DNA of 64,000 bases from Paraspadella gotoi (lineage: Eukaryota > Animalia > Chaetognatha), in the NCBI GenBank assembly GCA_051294375.1, contig CM119271.1:15506770-15570769 (forward strand), given 5' to 3'. A program made the translations under genes and the position numbers. Positions 11,901-25,243 of the stretch are shown here, piece by piece. How positions within the stretch are numbered: position 1 is the first letter of the stretch; every line of letters begins with the position of its first letter. The notes under the pieces are model-generated. The model saw only the letters and a list, made by a program, of their open reading frames with translations, had not been told where the DNA came from and ran no database searches.

Positions 11901-13976
11901 AATCTGGAGAAGAGCGACTCGCGAAATCTTGATCGTTTCACGTCCAAAATTCGCGACGACATCCGAGATCATTGGATCAAGTGTTACTTGAACGAAGAAC
12001 AGAACGAGTTTCATCAAATTCACGATCTCAACATCAACAAGGTGGCAAGTTTTATAAGTATGTTTAACACTTTGTTTAACACTTTGTTTAACACTTTGTT
12101 TTTATGATTAATTTATTATGAGCATCATGTGAATTCCATTCAGTTTTTTTTCGAATAAGTAAACAAGCAAAGGGAGGAAATAAGAGCGATTTTGAACCGA
12201 AGCCTACTTTTCACCTCCAGAATCTCTGCTTGACGCCCACGAGACGGAAATGGCGCGACTCCGCTCTTACTACGACCAACGCCTTCCCCTTTTCGTGGCC
12301 CTCGAAGGCTGGGACCACCTTTGGGAACAGTTCATCGAGTTCGATCGAAGAGCCAACGATCCCAACCGCTTCCCAGGCGGCGAGCCGGGCTTTACAGGCA
12401 AGATTACGCGGTATTAAACGTGGTAACCTCTAAACTCAATTGCCATCGAGTTCTCAATTTCATTTGCAATATTATCTTATTTAAGATTCTTTGTTGTACA
12501 TTTGTGGGCTCGAGTTACTTCTGCTCATCATATTTAAATACGCTGATAAGTGCTATTTTTCTATTCATTTGATATTTAGATACACTGAATGTACGATCGT
12601 TTTATTTCCCAGGAGGAAAAAGAGAGAAAAAAGTTTTCTCTCAAATTTCCCAAAATGGAGAAAGAGTTGGAGGAAGAGATTTCGCGCTGGGAGGAAGAGA
12701 ACGGAGAAAAGTTTCTCATTTTAGGCGGGAATTTTCGAGAATTTGTTGAGATTAGGAAGAAAGAGTGGGAGATCGAAAGGAACAGGTTGGTGGATACCGA
12801 ATCTCTCTCTCTCTCTCTCTATTTCAAATTATTATAATTTATTCAATATTCGTCTATTCATCCAGGAGAAACAGGAGCGGGGTCCGCCAGCGAGGGACCA
12901 AAGGCGATGTGAACTCATGGAGGCAAATCGAAAGCAGAGACGCCGACGAAGCGGCGAATGGGACCGAAAAGTCCAAAGGTTTCTCAAGGTTAGTAAACAA
13001 AGTAGAGCGGAAATCATTTATTAAGAGTCACTGCTCCGTCTCGACTCCAATTAAGTGCAGCATCGCCTTTTGTATCCTTTCCTCCCTTTCTTGAACTGTT
13101 CATAGACGCGACTTCACTCCAGTCCGAGGTAGAATGATTATTTGAAACTGAAGTTGCCTATTTTTAACCCTCGAGACTTCTTTGCCAGTCCGCCTTTTTG
13201 CGGTGTTTTTTTTTTTTTATCAGACTCCATAGTATTGTTTAATGAAAGAAGTTGTTTTTGGTTATTAATTTCGTAAATTAACGCGATTTCTTGTCAAATT
13301 GTTTTTCATGTGCGACAACAAAATAAACGGGCGAAGGGCGGACGACTTAAAGATCCCTCGATCGGCCAACATTCACCCGGAGTCCCGGTCGAGCAAATTC
13401 CAACCTTCAACTCATCAACGTCGATCTCCCTTTCGCCATCCTCTCCGGCCGCCACGCCCAACGACCCGCCGACGCGGCTTCTGCCGACGACTCCGGCGGC
13501 GGAAGCGGCGGCAAAAGAAGATGAAGCCGCCGCCGACGCCGGGTCATCGAAGAATTCTGTCGGCGGCTAACAGCGACGACGCCATTAACGGAACTACGCG
13601 TTTCTTACGAAGTGGTGATGAATTTTACTATTGAATTAATTATTAAATAATTTAAATTATAGGTAAGTTCGGCTGCTTGCAAGGATTTTTAGTTGTGTAA
13701 TAATTTTTGAGCCTTTTGTTTCAATTTTATGTTCCTAAAAATAATTGTTAAGAGATAACCGTATCAATATCCATAACACTGCGATATGGAAATGAGATTA
13801 AACCGCTAATATATTTAAATTTCAGTGTTTCAGCGACGGCGTCCCGAACCGGAGCACCGATCTTCGTCATTGACGGACTTGAGAAACCCCGCCGCCTCCG
13901 GTGCCCGCGACGCCCAATACTCCACGACGCCGCCGCCGTCACCGCCCCTCTCGTTCCTTTCGGCGCTGCCTTTTAA
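8999..13976 (+). CDS. PRC1: PRC1/Ase1/MAP65 family protein, copy lacking exon 1, many indels
   Basis: Mirror of 25244-29798; LLDAHETEMARLRSYY...WEQFIEFDRRANDPNRF. Confidence 0.7.
9385..10014. mobile_element. 630-bp hAT MITE, polymorphic insertion in PRC1 intron 2
   Basis: TAGAGTGGAG...CTCCACCCTA flanked by 8-bp TSD CTGCTTAG; single CTGCTTAG (empty site) at 29173-29180. Confidence 0.85.
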
Positions 13977-15044
13977 CGAGTCCAACTTTTAATTTCTCCG
14001 CCTTTCATTTCTTTTTTCTTTCTTCTTCTCGGCCACGCCACTCGCCCACTCGCCCACTCGCCCACTCAAGTCTTCCTCCTTCCGCTTTTGCTCACTTCGA
14101 AAAATAAAAATCGTCGAATCTTCATTAGATTAAATTAATTAATAAAAAATGCAAAAATTGCGATATCGTGTTGATTTCCCCTTTTCTCAGGGGATGTGAT
14201 TGTAAAGAAAAAGCCATTCATCGATTTAAACGAGTAATCACTTACATCCGGGGATTATGTGGGAGATGGCGATGGATTCATTTTCGTAGTCTTAGCTCGT
14301 TGCTCGACTCTTATATTATAAAGCTAAGTAATTATTATCTTCGCGCACCTTATTAGTTATCTTATAATAATAATCATATTTAGGAATTATCGAAAGCTTA
14401 AGCGACTCTTTTCTCGCTAGGAACCCTTGCTTGTTTCTCAATAATTGCAAGCTCGGGCTTGTCTATCGTCGCCGCAAAATTTTTAAAAAAAGTTTGACGT
14501 CTATATCTTTGCAAAGACTTTGTGATCATTTGGGGAAAATTGTCTCCCGTCCAGTCAAAAGTTAATATCATCTTGTCGAGTGGCTTTAACTCGGAAAATT
14601 TGTATAACGTTGTGGCAGAAATTATTTATTGTACTTTACAATGCTTTGTTCAAAGCTAATCCGTGCCAGAATATCTTCTTCTTTTTCTTTATTAAATCGA
14701 GACTGGTCACGATTTTAACAATATCGTATTCAATTTGCGAGGTTTTGGTTTTTTTGGTTTTTTTTTTTGTATTTCGCACTGTGACATTACTCATATTTTT
14801 TCGTTTCGATAATTTATTTATTTTTTTTATTTTCGGGTAATTATGATTTAATTGCGTCGATTTTGTGATTTAGTTGAACAATAGAATAAAGAATATTCGT
14901 TTAATTTGCTTTTTTCTTTTGTAACTATTTAATCCGTGCATCGTTTTGAATGTTTTTCTTTTTTTTTAATAATTAGGGCAAAAAAAAACAAAACAAAACA
15001 AAAACACCTTTTTATGTACATAAGATTTAAAACTTTTTAAAAAA

Positions 15045-16182
15045 ATGAATCTGTTAACGAAAGGAATCTTTGTCTGTCTCGTCGTCGTCGTCCTTCGATT
15101 CCACGTCGCGTCTTCCCTTTATTGCGTTCAATGTAATTCGAGGTAAGAATCATATTTCACCCTTTGCACTTTTTTTCCTTTTTTCTCATCTTTCTATTTT
15201 TTTTCTTCCCTTCGCTTTTCAATTTTTTACTATTTCTTACTATTTTGTTACAACCAATATGAAATTATCCATTCATTTAAATAATAAGCCATCTTGCCCC
15301 TGACTTAGGACCGGCTATGAAATGACCTTCCCTTAAGTATCTAAGTTCTCTCCTCCCCCCCTCTCTCCTGCAGCGTGGACCCTCTCTGCACAGAGTTCTA
15401 CACTTACCACGATCCTCCGGCGGCGACCAAATGCGAGACCATCTACGACGCCAAGTATTGCGTCAAGACGACGGGCGTCTTCGGAGGAAAAGTCGGCACG
15501 CAGCGATTCTGTTCCTCGCGCGATCTCTTCAACAAATGCACTGTGAGTCATCCTTGAGGCTGAATGGGGGGGGGCTGGTTGTATTTGTTTTCCTTTGTTT
15601 TGAGTTCGGTTTTTATCGTCGCAATCTTTTGCCCTTTTTTTGTTTTTATTGTATTACGAAGACATAAAATATAAGAAATAAGAAGATTAGTTTTTAATGA
15701 AATCAAATTTCTTGACGTTTAGCTTTGCTGTGAAGTATTTTATTATAAAAAAATAAAAAATAAGGGATAGCCCGATTTTTATAACATTTATACCAAATTC
15801 ATATTTTATTAAATTTTAATTTTCTTTTAAAGTTTTGTAAAAAGGCTGAGTGCTTGTTTTTTTTTGGGGGGGGGGTTGGTTAGTTTGTTTGGTTTTGTTT
15901 TGTGTTTCGTTTTTGATTTTATGGTTCGTTTTCCATATTTCCATTTTTGTTTCGTTTTCTTTCCTGTTTCTTCGTAATTTGCATTCAATTTCTCTCATTT
16001 TCCAAAAAGGATATCGGCTTCGCGGACCACGAGCGCATCTACCGCGCCTGCACCTACACCTGTCACGACGTCGACGGGTGCAACGGCGCCGAATCTCTCG
16101 GCGGCCGAAGCCTCAAACCGGCGCCGTTTTCTTCGCCGTCGCCGGCGTCGTTCGCTTTTTTGTGGATTTTTGGAGAGGATGA
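15045..16182 (+). CDS. Boudin-like Ly6/uPAR protein, 3 exons (signal peptide, LU domain, hydrophobic GPI-like tail)
   Basis: MNLLTKGIFVCLVVVVLRFHVASSLYCVQCNS|SVDPLC...GCN; 10-Cys LU pattern. Confidence 0.8.
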
Positions 16183-17366
16183 AGCGACGGGGGGATTTGA
16201 TATCGAAGGAGCATAAGCAAGCAAACAAGAACTTAATTGATGGATTGATCGATTGATCGATCAAATCCATTTTGCCATTCATCGAAAGCCGCTTCATTTC
16301 TCGGAAATGAAATCTATTGTAAAAATCATGATCTGTAAACAACGAAAACAAAATCTCGACTACTTATTTTTAAACGTTTTTTTTTTCTTTCAATTTTTCA
16401 CGCTTGTACATTCCGACTTATTTCTTTGGAATTTTTGTATTATCACCCGATTTCGTATTATGTCGTTCTGGAGAATATAGAATACCCGAATATGTTTTCT
16501 CCGATGGTTAATTTTTGAAAAGTCAGTTCGTTGATGTTAAGTATTTTACTAGTTGCGTTATACAATTTTGAATATATATATACATTGATCATTGTAAATC
16601 CGTCCTTTGTGCCTTGGTGATTTGGTCGTTACTTAAAGGTGTACAATTTACATGCTTACATTTTCCACTTTATATTTACACACTTTCTCTCTGCCTTGTA
16701 AGAATCCTCCAGTAATAAAAGAATATCGTAGATAACTATTGGTTTTTTTTTCTTTCACAAGCTGCTTAGTCTTAACGTGAACTCTTTTCTTTCCGTTTAT
16801 AGTTGGACGAAGCGAATAAGAAAAAAGAAAAGAATAAACTCTTACCCGATGATTCCAGGTTGAACGAGAAAATAACGACCAAGTAAAGTGAACATCAAAA
16901 AATGTTTTAATTCTTTTTTGATTTGAAAGTTTTCAGTGTTTATTTGCTTTGATATAAGTTAGCAAAGTCAAATACGAGGGAGTCTAGATTATAATCGTCT
17001 ACTACTGCGAGAAGCGCTGGTGTCTTGGTGCTCGAAAAAGTCAAGAATTAGTAGACTGTGGCGGGTTAAAAATTAAGGAAGAATTGAGAGCTGCTTAGTG
17101 CTTACTGCTTTGCCCTTTGACCCCCTAACAAAGAAAGAATGGAGAGACTTGACCGATGTTTTTTTTTTTTTTTGCTGCTATAACAATCGAATCCTGATAG
17201 TAATTTATCTTGGGTAAATTATTATTATTATATCGACGTATAGAAGAGTATAGGTCCTCCCTAAAAAGACCTGCACCCCTTTCTCCAAAAGGATGGTCTT
17301 CCTCACCAAAATCTATTATATTATTATTATTATATTATTATTATATTATTACCTTCCTCCAAAAGG

Positions 17367-19053
17367 ATGGGTCTTCCTCACCCTCGTCCGCACCTTGAAG
17401 CAGACGACCGGTTTGACCGGACTCGCCGTTCATCCCGACGCCCCTAAAATCCTTCGCTATGATCTACGGCAAGATCCTCTACACTCTGGACCGGATGCCG
17501 CCCCAAGCCGCCTACAGGCGCTACACGGCGGCCATCGTGGGCGATCGCTTGGCCATGCGTCGAGGCCAACGAGCGAGACGTCGAGGCGATTGAGAAGAAG
17601 ATCAATTGCGGACAGGTTGTTGTTTGTTGTTGTTATCAGAAATGAAAAGGTTAAATGTATATTAGAGTGGAGCACTCGGGAACATAAATTTTATTTGAGT
17701 GATCAAACAAGCATATTTAGACTGTGAGATAATATGATTAAAGAGTACAAAAAATATTTTGCTTATATTGATTGGGGAACAGTATCATTAATTAAATATA
17801 TTTATAGTAATATTTCTTATAAAATCATAAATTTTCAAAATAATTTTTTTTAAATTTTTATTAAAAAGTTAAAAAGTTAGATCAAAAATATAAAATATGT
17901 TATTAAAAAATTTCAATGTCTTCAGTGTCAAAAATGAAAAAAACAGGTCAAATTCTCCACTTTTTACACTTTGTAGTAGAAACTATTAATATGATGAAAC
18001 GTTTTGGTCATTTTTCGCAGCTTTAACCTAAAATATCATGTAACATATTTTACAAAGTTTTTTAGTTTTTCGGCGAATCCAAAACTGTTCTTAAAATTAA
18101 GATCTGCTGATCTCGGGTCGTCAAGAGTTGTCTCGCAATGAAGATTCTAAGTCCGATTCGTAAACGACCATTGACCATTGTAATATGGATGCCTCATGGG
18201 TGAACTTTGTATATTGTTATATCCGAAAAACATTTTAAATCCTATGAATCATTTATGAATTACTGTATATCCGGCGAAAGTCATATCATAAACATATTTG
18301 TTCTCGTTTCGTTATTAGTATTTTAACTTAAAGAAAAATGGGACATTCCTTTGATAGAACTATTTGATAAAGTTTTGTCATTTTCGATTTTAAAATATAT
18401 AAATTTCAAGTTAGTTTGGCGAATCCAACTGTTAATAAATTGATAAATTATGGTTGATTTCTATAAAAAAAATTTAATTAATGATACTGTTATGCAAATT
18501 TTTTTTTGAAAAAGGGCTGAATATTAATATTACATATACAAAGGCAGCAAAAAAAAACATTGTTCCATCGACTCAAATCCTTTTCATCACTCCACCCTCA
18601 ATGTATATGTATGAAACGATATAGGATATATTATATAAGTCATAGCAACACTCTTACTGTCAGAGATGTAGAATAATAATTGATTTTGTCGCTATGCAGA
18701 ATACAGATGTATGAAAAAGAGATAAAAACGGTCCACCTGTTTGTAGTTGTATCCTTTTACTGTGACTTGTCTCTGGCAGGCAGAGAATTAAGATCATCTA
18801 TCATAAGGTAGTTTGTGACAATGATTTTAAATGATTGCTTTGTCGCTTTAACATCCGGAAGGAGTGTATGTGTTTTTGTACCAACCACGGTTGAACGACC
18901 CCTTTACCCTCCGGCGCATTTCTTTAGGTGGAAGAGTTGGATCAAGCAAGCGGAGGCGAACCTTTTGGCGAGGAAGATGGTGAAAGTGGAAGCCTTGGGA
19001 GCCGCTGATCGAGGAGGCGCCGAAGGACCAGTGGAAGTGGCCCCATCAATTGA
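17367..19053 (+). CDS. NDUFA5: NDUFA5, second indel-containing copy (hAT MITE 17663-18600 in intron)
   Basis: Same exons as the other copies; 18100-18470 is a heavily degraded consensus. Confidence 0.8.
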
Positions 19054-19371
19054 CTGTATTAGACTAAGATTTAAATGAGTTGACCTGAAAGTTTATTTTA
19101 AGAAATGCCAATTTATTCATGTTATCGAATCGTTAGTATCGTCGATCGGGTTCGCGCGCCGCGAAAGATTTTCATCTTTTTTCTATTCGCGCGCGAGATA
19201 AACGATTATGAGTCAATTTTTTTTTCTTGTTCTATTTTCTCTTCGCGTTATTCGGCGTCGACATCCCTGGTGAAACTTATATCCTTTATTTCCATCTCCC
19301 TCAACCGAATGTTTATTTATTTTTCCGACGCGTTGCAGTTCTTTTAAAAATCCCTCACTAAAATCACCGCC

Positions 19372-19878
19372 ATGTTGAAATCCTTGTTTTCGCGGACGCT
19401 GGGCGTCGCCGCGGTCGCCGCCAACAACGTCGTCATCACTCAAAACCTGTCGGCCGCCGTCGTTCTCTCATCTCGCGGTTTGTCGGCTCAAAGGGTCGGC
19501 CCCGCGTCGGGCGTCGTTGTCGGTTCGCGCGGCTTCTTCACGTGCGTCGCCTGGAGGGCGGAAGCCGCGTCAGAGCCGAAGGAGGAACCCGCAGTCAAGA
19601 CACAGGTTTTTTCAATTTGGATGAAAAAAATTAATGATTAATAAATAATGTAGATTTGTCTTATTATAATTACAATCTAGTATGAGTTGCAAGTCTTTCT
19701 AACGCTTCTGTTCCGTCATCCTAATCTACAGCCCCGTCAAAAGGCCCCCTCACCAACTCCGCAAGAAGACTGGATTCTCCTTCTCCAATTGCAAGAAAGC
19801 GTTGGAGGTTTGCGGCAATGATCTGACGGCGGCGGAGGTGTGGCTTGCGAGTGAGGCGCAGAAGCAAGGATGGGACAA
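19372..19878 (+). CDS. TSFM: TSFM 5' fragment truncated at the inversion junction
   Basis: [11 protein letters not shown]...; [18 protein letters not shown]...QKQGWD, then switches to reverse-complement sequence. Confidence 0.8.
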
Positions 19879-20004
19879 ATGAAAATCTTTCGCAGGCGCG
19901 CGAACGCCGATTCGACGATACTAACGATTCGATAACATGAATAAATTGGCGATTTCTTAAAATAAACTTTCAGGTCAACTCATTTAAATCTTAGTCTAAT
20001 ACAG

Positions 20005-21838
20005 TCAATTGATGGGCCACTTCCACTGGTCCTTCGGCGCCTCCTCGATCAGCGGCTCCCAAGGCTTCCACTTCACCATCTTCCTCGCCAAAAAGAGTTC
20101 GGCCTCCGCTTGCTTGATCAACTCTTCCACCTAAAGAAATGCGCGGGAGGGTAAGAGGGGTCGTCAACCGTTTGGTACAAAAAACCACATACACTTCCTT
20201 CCGGATGTTAAAGCGACAAAGCAATCATTAAAATCATTGTCACAAAACTACCTTATGATAGATGATCTTAATTCTCTGCCTGCCAGAGACAAGTCACAGT
20301 AAAGGATACACTACAACAGGTGGGACCGTTTTATCTCTTTTTCTACATCTGTATTCTGCATAGCGACAAAATCAATTATTATTCTACATCTCTGACAGTA
20401 AGAGTGTTGCATGACTTATATAACCTATATCCTATATCGTTTCATACATATACATTAGGGTGGAGTGATGAAAAGATTGAGTGACGGAACAATGTTTTTT
20501 TGCTGCCTTTGTATATGTAATATAANNNNNNNNNNNNNNNNNNNNNNNNNNNNNNNNNNNNNNNNNNNNNNNNNNNNNNNNNNNNNNNNNNNNNNNNNNN
20601 NNNNNNNNNNNNNNNNNNNNNNNNNNNNNNNNNNNNNNNNNNNNNNNNNNNNNNNNNNNNNNNNNNNNNNNNNNNNNNNNNNNNNNNNNNNNNNNNNNNN
20701 NNNNNNNNNNNNNNNNNNNNNNNNNNNNNNNNNNNNNNNNNNNNNNNNNNNNNNNNNNNNNNNNNNNNNNNNNNNNNNNNNNNNNNNNNNNNNNNNNNNN
20801 NNNNNNNNNNNNNNNNNNNNNNNNNNNNNNNNNNNNNNNNNNNNNNNNNNNNNNNNNNNNNNNNNNNNNNNNNNNNNNNNNNNNNNNNNNNNNNNNNNNN
20901 NNNNNNNNNNNNNNNNNNNNNNNNNNNNNNNNNNNNNNNNNNNNNNNNNNNNNNNNNNNNNNNNNNNNNNNNNNNNNNNNNNNNNNNNNNNNNNNNNNNN
21001 NNNNNNNNNNNNNNNNNNNNNNNNNNNNNNNNNNNNNNNNNNNNNNNNNNNNNNNNNNNNTTGCGAGGACAACCTCTTTGACGACCAACGAAGGATCAGC
21101 AATGAATTCTTAATTTTAAGAACAGTTTTGGATTCGCCGGAAAAAACTAAAAAACTTTTGTAAAATATGTTACATGATATTTTTAGGTTAAAGCTGCGAA
21201 AAATGACCAAAACGTTTCATCATATAATAGTTTCTACTACAAAGTGTAAAAAAGTGGAGAATTTGACCTGTTTTTTCCATTTTTGACACTGAAGACATTG
21301 AAATTTTTAATAACATATTTTATATTTTTGATCTAACTTTTTAACTTTTTAATAAAAATTTTAAAAAAATTATTTTGAAAATTTATGATTTTATAAGAAT
21401 ATTACTATAAATATATTATAATTAATGATACTGTTCCCCAATCAATATAAGCAAAATATTTTTTGTACTCTTTAATCATATTATCTCAAGTCTAAATATG
21501 CTTGTTTGATCACTCAAATAAAATTTATGTTCCCGAGTGCTCCACTCTAATATACATTTAACCTTTTCATTTCTGATAACAACAACAACAACCTGTCCGC
21601 AATTGATCTTCTTCTCAATCGCCTCGACGTCTCGCTCGTTGGCCTCGACGATGGCCAAGCGATCGCCCACGATGGCCGCCGTGTAGCGCCTGTAGGCGGC
21701 TTGGGGCGGCATCCGGTCCAGAGTGTAGAGGATCTTGCCGTAGATCATGCGAAGGATTTTAGGGGCGTCGGGATGAACGGCGAGTCCGGTCAAACCGGTC
21801 GTCTGCTTCAAGGTGCGGACGAGGGTGAGGAAGACCAT
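20005..21838 (-). CDS. NDUFA5: NDUFA5, intact copy, 2 exons (21838-21593, 20129-20005)
   Basis: [53 protein letters not shown]...NCGQ|[41 protein letters not shown]. Confidence 0.95.
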
Positions 21839-23019
21839 CCTTTTGGAGGAAGGTAATAATATAATAATAATATAATAATAATAATAATAATAGATTTTGG
21901 TGAGGAAGACCATCCTTTTGGAGGAAAGGGGTGAGGTCTTTTTAGGGAGGACCTATACTCTTCTATACGTCGATATAATAATAATAAATTTACCCCAAGA
22001 TAAATTACTATCAGGATTCATTGTTATAACAGCAAAAAAAAAAAAAAAACATCGGTCAAGTCTCTCCATTCTTTCTTTGTTAGGGGTCAAAGGGCAAAGC
22101 AGTAAGCACTAAGCAGCTCTCAATTCTTCCTTAATTTTTAACCCGCCACAGTCTACTAATTCTTGACTTTTTCGAGCCACCAAGACACCAGCGCTTCTCG
22201 CAGTAGTAGACGATTATAATCTAGACTCCCTCGTATTTGACTTTGCTAACTTATATCAAAGCAAATAAACACTGAAAACTTTCAAATCAAAAAAGGAATT
22301 AAAACATTTTTTGATGTTCACTTTACTTGGGTCGTTATTTTCTCGTTCAACCTGGAATCATCGGGTAAGAGTTTATTCTTTTCTTTTTTCTTATTCGCTT
22401 CGTCCAACTATAAACGGAAAGAAAGAGTTCACGTTAAGACTAAGCAGCTTGTGAAAGAAAAAAAAACCAATAGTTATCTACGATATTCTTTTATTACTGG
22501 AGGATTCTTACAAGGCAGAGAGAAAGTGTGTAAATATAAAGTGGAAAATGTAAGCATGTAAATTGTACACCTTTAAGTAACGACCAAATCACCAAGGCAC
22601 AAAGGACGGATTTACAATGATCAATGTATATATATATTCAAAATTGTATAACGCAACTAGTAAAATACTTAACATCAACGAACTGACTTTTCAAAAATTA
22701 ACCATCGGAGAAAACATATTCGGGTATTCTATATCTCCAGAACGACATAATACGAAATCGGGGATAATACAAAAATTCCAAAGAAATAAGTCGGAATGTA
22801 CAAGCGTGAAAAATTGAAAGAAAAAAAACGTTTAAAAATAAGTAGTCGAGATTTTGTTTTCGTTGTTTACAGATCATGATTTTTACAATAGATTTCATTT
22901 CCGAGAAATAAGCGGCTTTCGATGAATGGCAAAATGGATTTGATCGATCAATCGATCAATCCATCAATTAAGTTCTGTTTGCTTGTTATGCTCCTTCGAT
23001 ATCAAATCCCCCCGTCGCT

Positions 23020-24164
23020 TCATCCTCTCCAAAAATCCACAAAAAAGCGAACGACGCCGGCGACGGCGAAGAAAACGGCGCCGGTTTTGAGGCTTCGGCC
23101 GCCGAGAGATTCGGCGCCGTTGCACCCGTCGACGTCGTGACAGGTGTAGGTGCAGGCGCGGTAGATGCGCTCGTGGTCCGCGAAGCCGATATCCTTTTTG
23201 GAAAATGAGAGAAATTGAATGCAAATTACGAAGAAACAGGAAAGAAAACGAAACAAAAATGGAAATAGAAAACGAACCATAAAATCAAAAACGAAACACA
23301 AAACAAAACCAAACAAACTAACCAACCCCCCCCAAAAAAAAACCAAGCACTCAGCCTTTTTACAAAACTTTAAAAGAAAATTAAAATTTAATAAAATATG
23401 AATTTGGTATAAATGTTATAAAAATCGGGCTATCCCTTATTTTTTTATTTTTTTATAATAAAATACTTCACAGCAAAGCTAAACGTCAAGAAATTTGATT
23501 CATTAAAAACTAATCTTCTTATTTCTTATATTTTATGTTCTTCGTAATACAATAAAAACAAAAAAAAGGGCAAAAGATTGCGACGATAAAAACCGAACTC
23601 AAAACAAAGGAAAACAAATACAACCAGCCCCCCCCCCCAATTCAGCCTCAAGGATGACTCACAGTGCATTTGTTGAAGAGATCGCGCGAGGAACAGAATC
23701 GCTGCGTGCCGACTTTTCCTCCGAAGACGCCCGTCGTCTTGACGCAATACTTGGCGTCGTAGATGGTCTCGCATTTGGTCGCCGCCGGAGGATCGTGGTA
23801 AGTGTAGAACTCTGTGCAGAGAGGGTCCACGCTGCAGGGAGAGAGGGGGGGAGGAGAGAACTTAGATACTTAAGGGAGAGGTCATTTCATAGCCGGTCCT
23901 AAGTCAGGGGCAAGATGGCTTATTATTTAAATGAATGGACAATTTTATATTGGTTGTAACAAATAGTAAAAAATAGTAAAAAATTGAAAAGCGAAGGGAA
24001 AGGAAAAAAAATGAAAAGATGAGAAAAAAGGAAAAAAAGTGCAAAGGGTGAAAATATGATTCTTACCTCGAATTACATTGAACGCAATAAAGGGAAGACG
24101 CGACGTGGAATCGAAGGACGACGACGACGAGACAGACAAAGATTCCTTTCGTTAACAGATTCAT
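23020..24164 (-). CDS. Boudin-like Ly6/uPAR protein, intact copy
   Basis: Signal peptide, YCVQCNS..C..KCE..YCVK..RFCS..C..RACTYTC..GCN, hydrophobic C-terminus. Confidence 0.85.
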
Positions 24165-25243
24165 TTTTTTAAAAAAGTTTTTAAATCTTATGTACATAAA
24201 AAGGTGTTTTTTTTGTTTTGTTTTGTTTTTTTTGCCTAATTATTAAAAAAAAAAGAAAACATTCAAAACGATGCACGGATTAAATAGTACAAAAGAAAAA
24301 AGCAAATTAAACGAATATTCTTTATTCTATTGTTCAACTAAATCACAAAATCGACGCAATTAAATCATAATTACCCGAAAAATAAAAAAATAAATAAATA
24401 TCGAAACGAAAAAATATGAGTAATGTCACAGTGCGAAATACAAAAAAAAAAAAAAAACCAAAAACCCAAAAACCTCGCAAATTGAATACGATATTGTTAA
24501 AATCGTGACCAGTCTCGATTTTAAATAAAGAAAAAAGAAGAAGATATTCTGGCACGGATTAGCTTTGACCAAAGCATTGTAAAGTACAATAAATAATTTT
24601 CTGCCACAACGTTATACAAATTTTCCGAGTTAAAGCCACTCGACAAGATGATATTAACTTTTGACTGGACGGGAGACAATTTTCCCCAAATGATCACAAA
24701 GTCTTTGCAAAGATATAGACGTCAAACTTTTTTTAAAAATTTTGCGGCGACGATAGACAAGCCCGAGCTTGCAATTATTGAGAAACAAGCAAGGGTTCCT
24801 AGCGAGAAAAGAGTCGCTTAAGCTTTCGATAATTCCTAAATATGATTATTATTATAAGATAACTAATAAGGTGCGCGAAGATAATAATTACTTAGCTTAT
24901 AATATAAGAGTCGAGCAACGAGCTAAGACTACGAAAATGAATCCATCGCCGATCTCCCACATAATCCCCGGATGTAATTGATTACTCGTTTAAATCGATG
25001 AATGGCTTTTTCTTTACAATCACATCCCCTGAGGAAAAGGGGAAATCAACACGATATCGCAATTTTTGCATTTTTTATTAATTAATTTAATCTAATGAAG
25101 ATTCGACGATTTTTATTTTTCGAAGTGAGCAAAAGCGGAAGGAGGAAGACTTGAGTGGGCGAGTGGGCGAGTGGGCGAGTGGGCGTGGCCGAGAAGAAGA
25201 AAGAAAAAGAAATGAAAGGCGGAGAAATTAAAAGTTGGACTCG

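Noticed and set aside
197-19878. Frameshifted NDUFA5/TSFM/PRC1/Ly6 copies as pseudogenes or recoding targets
   Set aside because: Differences are mostly copy-specific 1-bp indels typical of unpolished long-read consensus
20432-21210. Long ORFs spanning the 535-N gap
   Set aside because: Open only because of Ns; the missing sequence corresponds to ~2990-3590 in another copy
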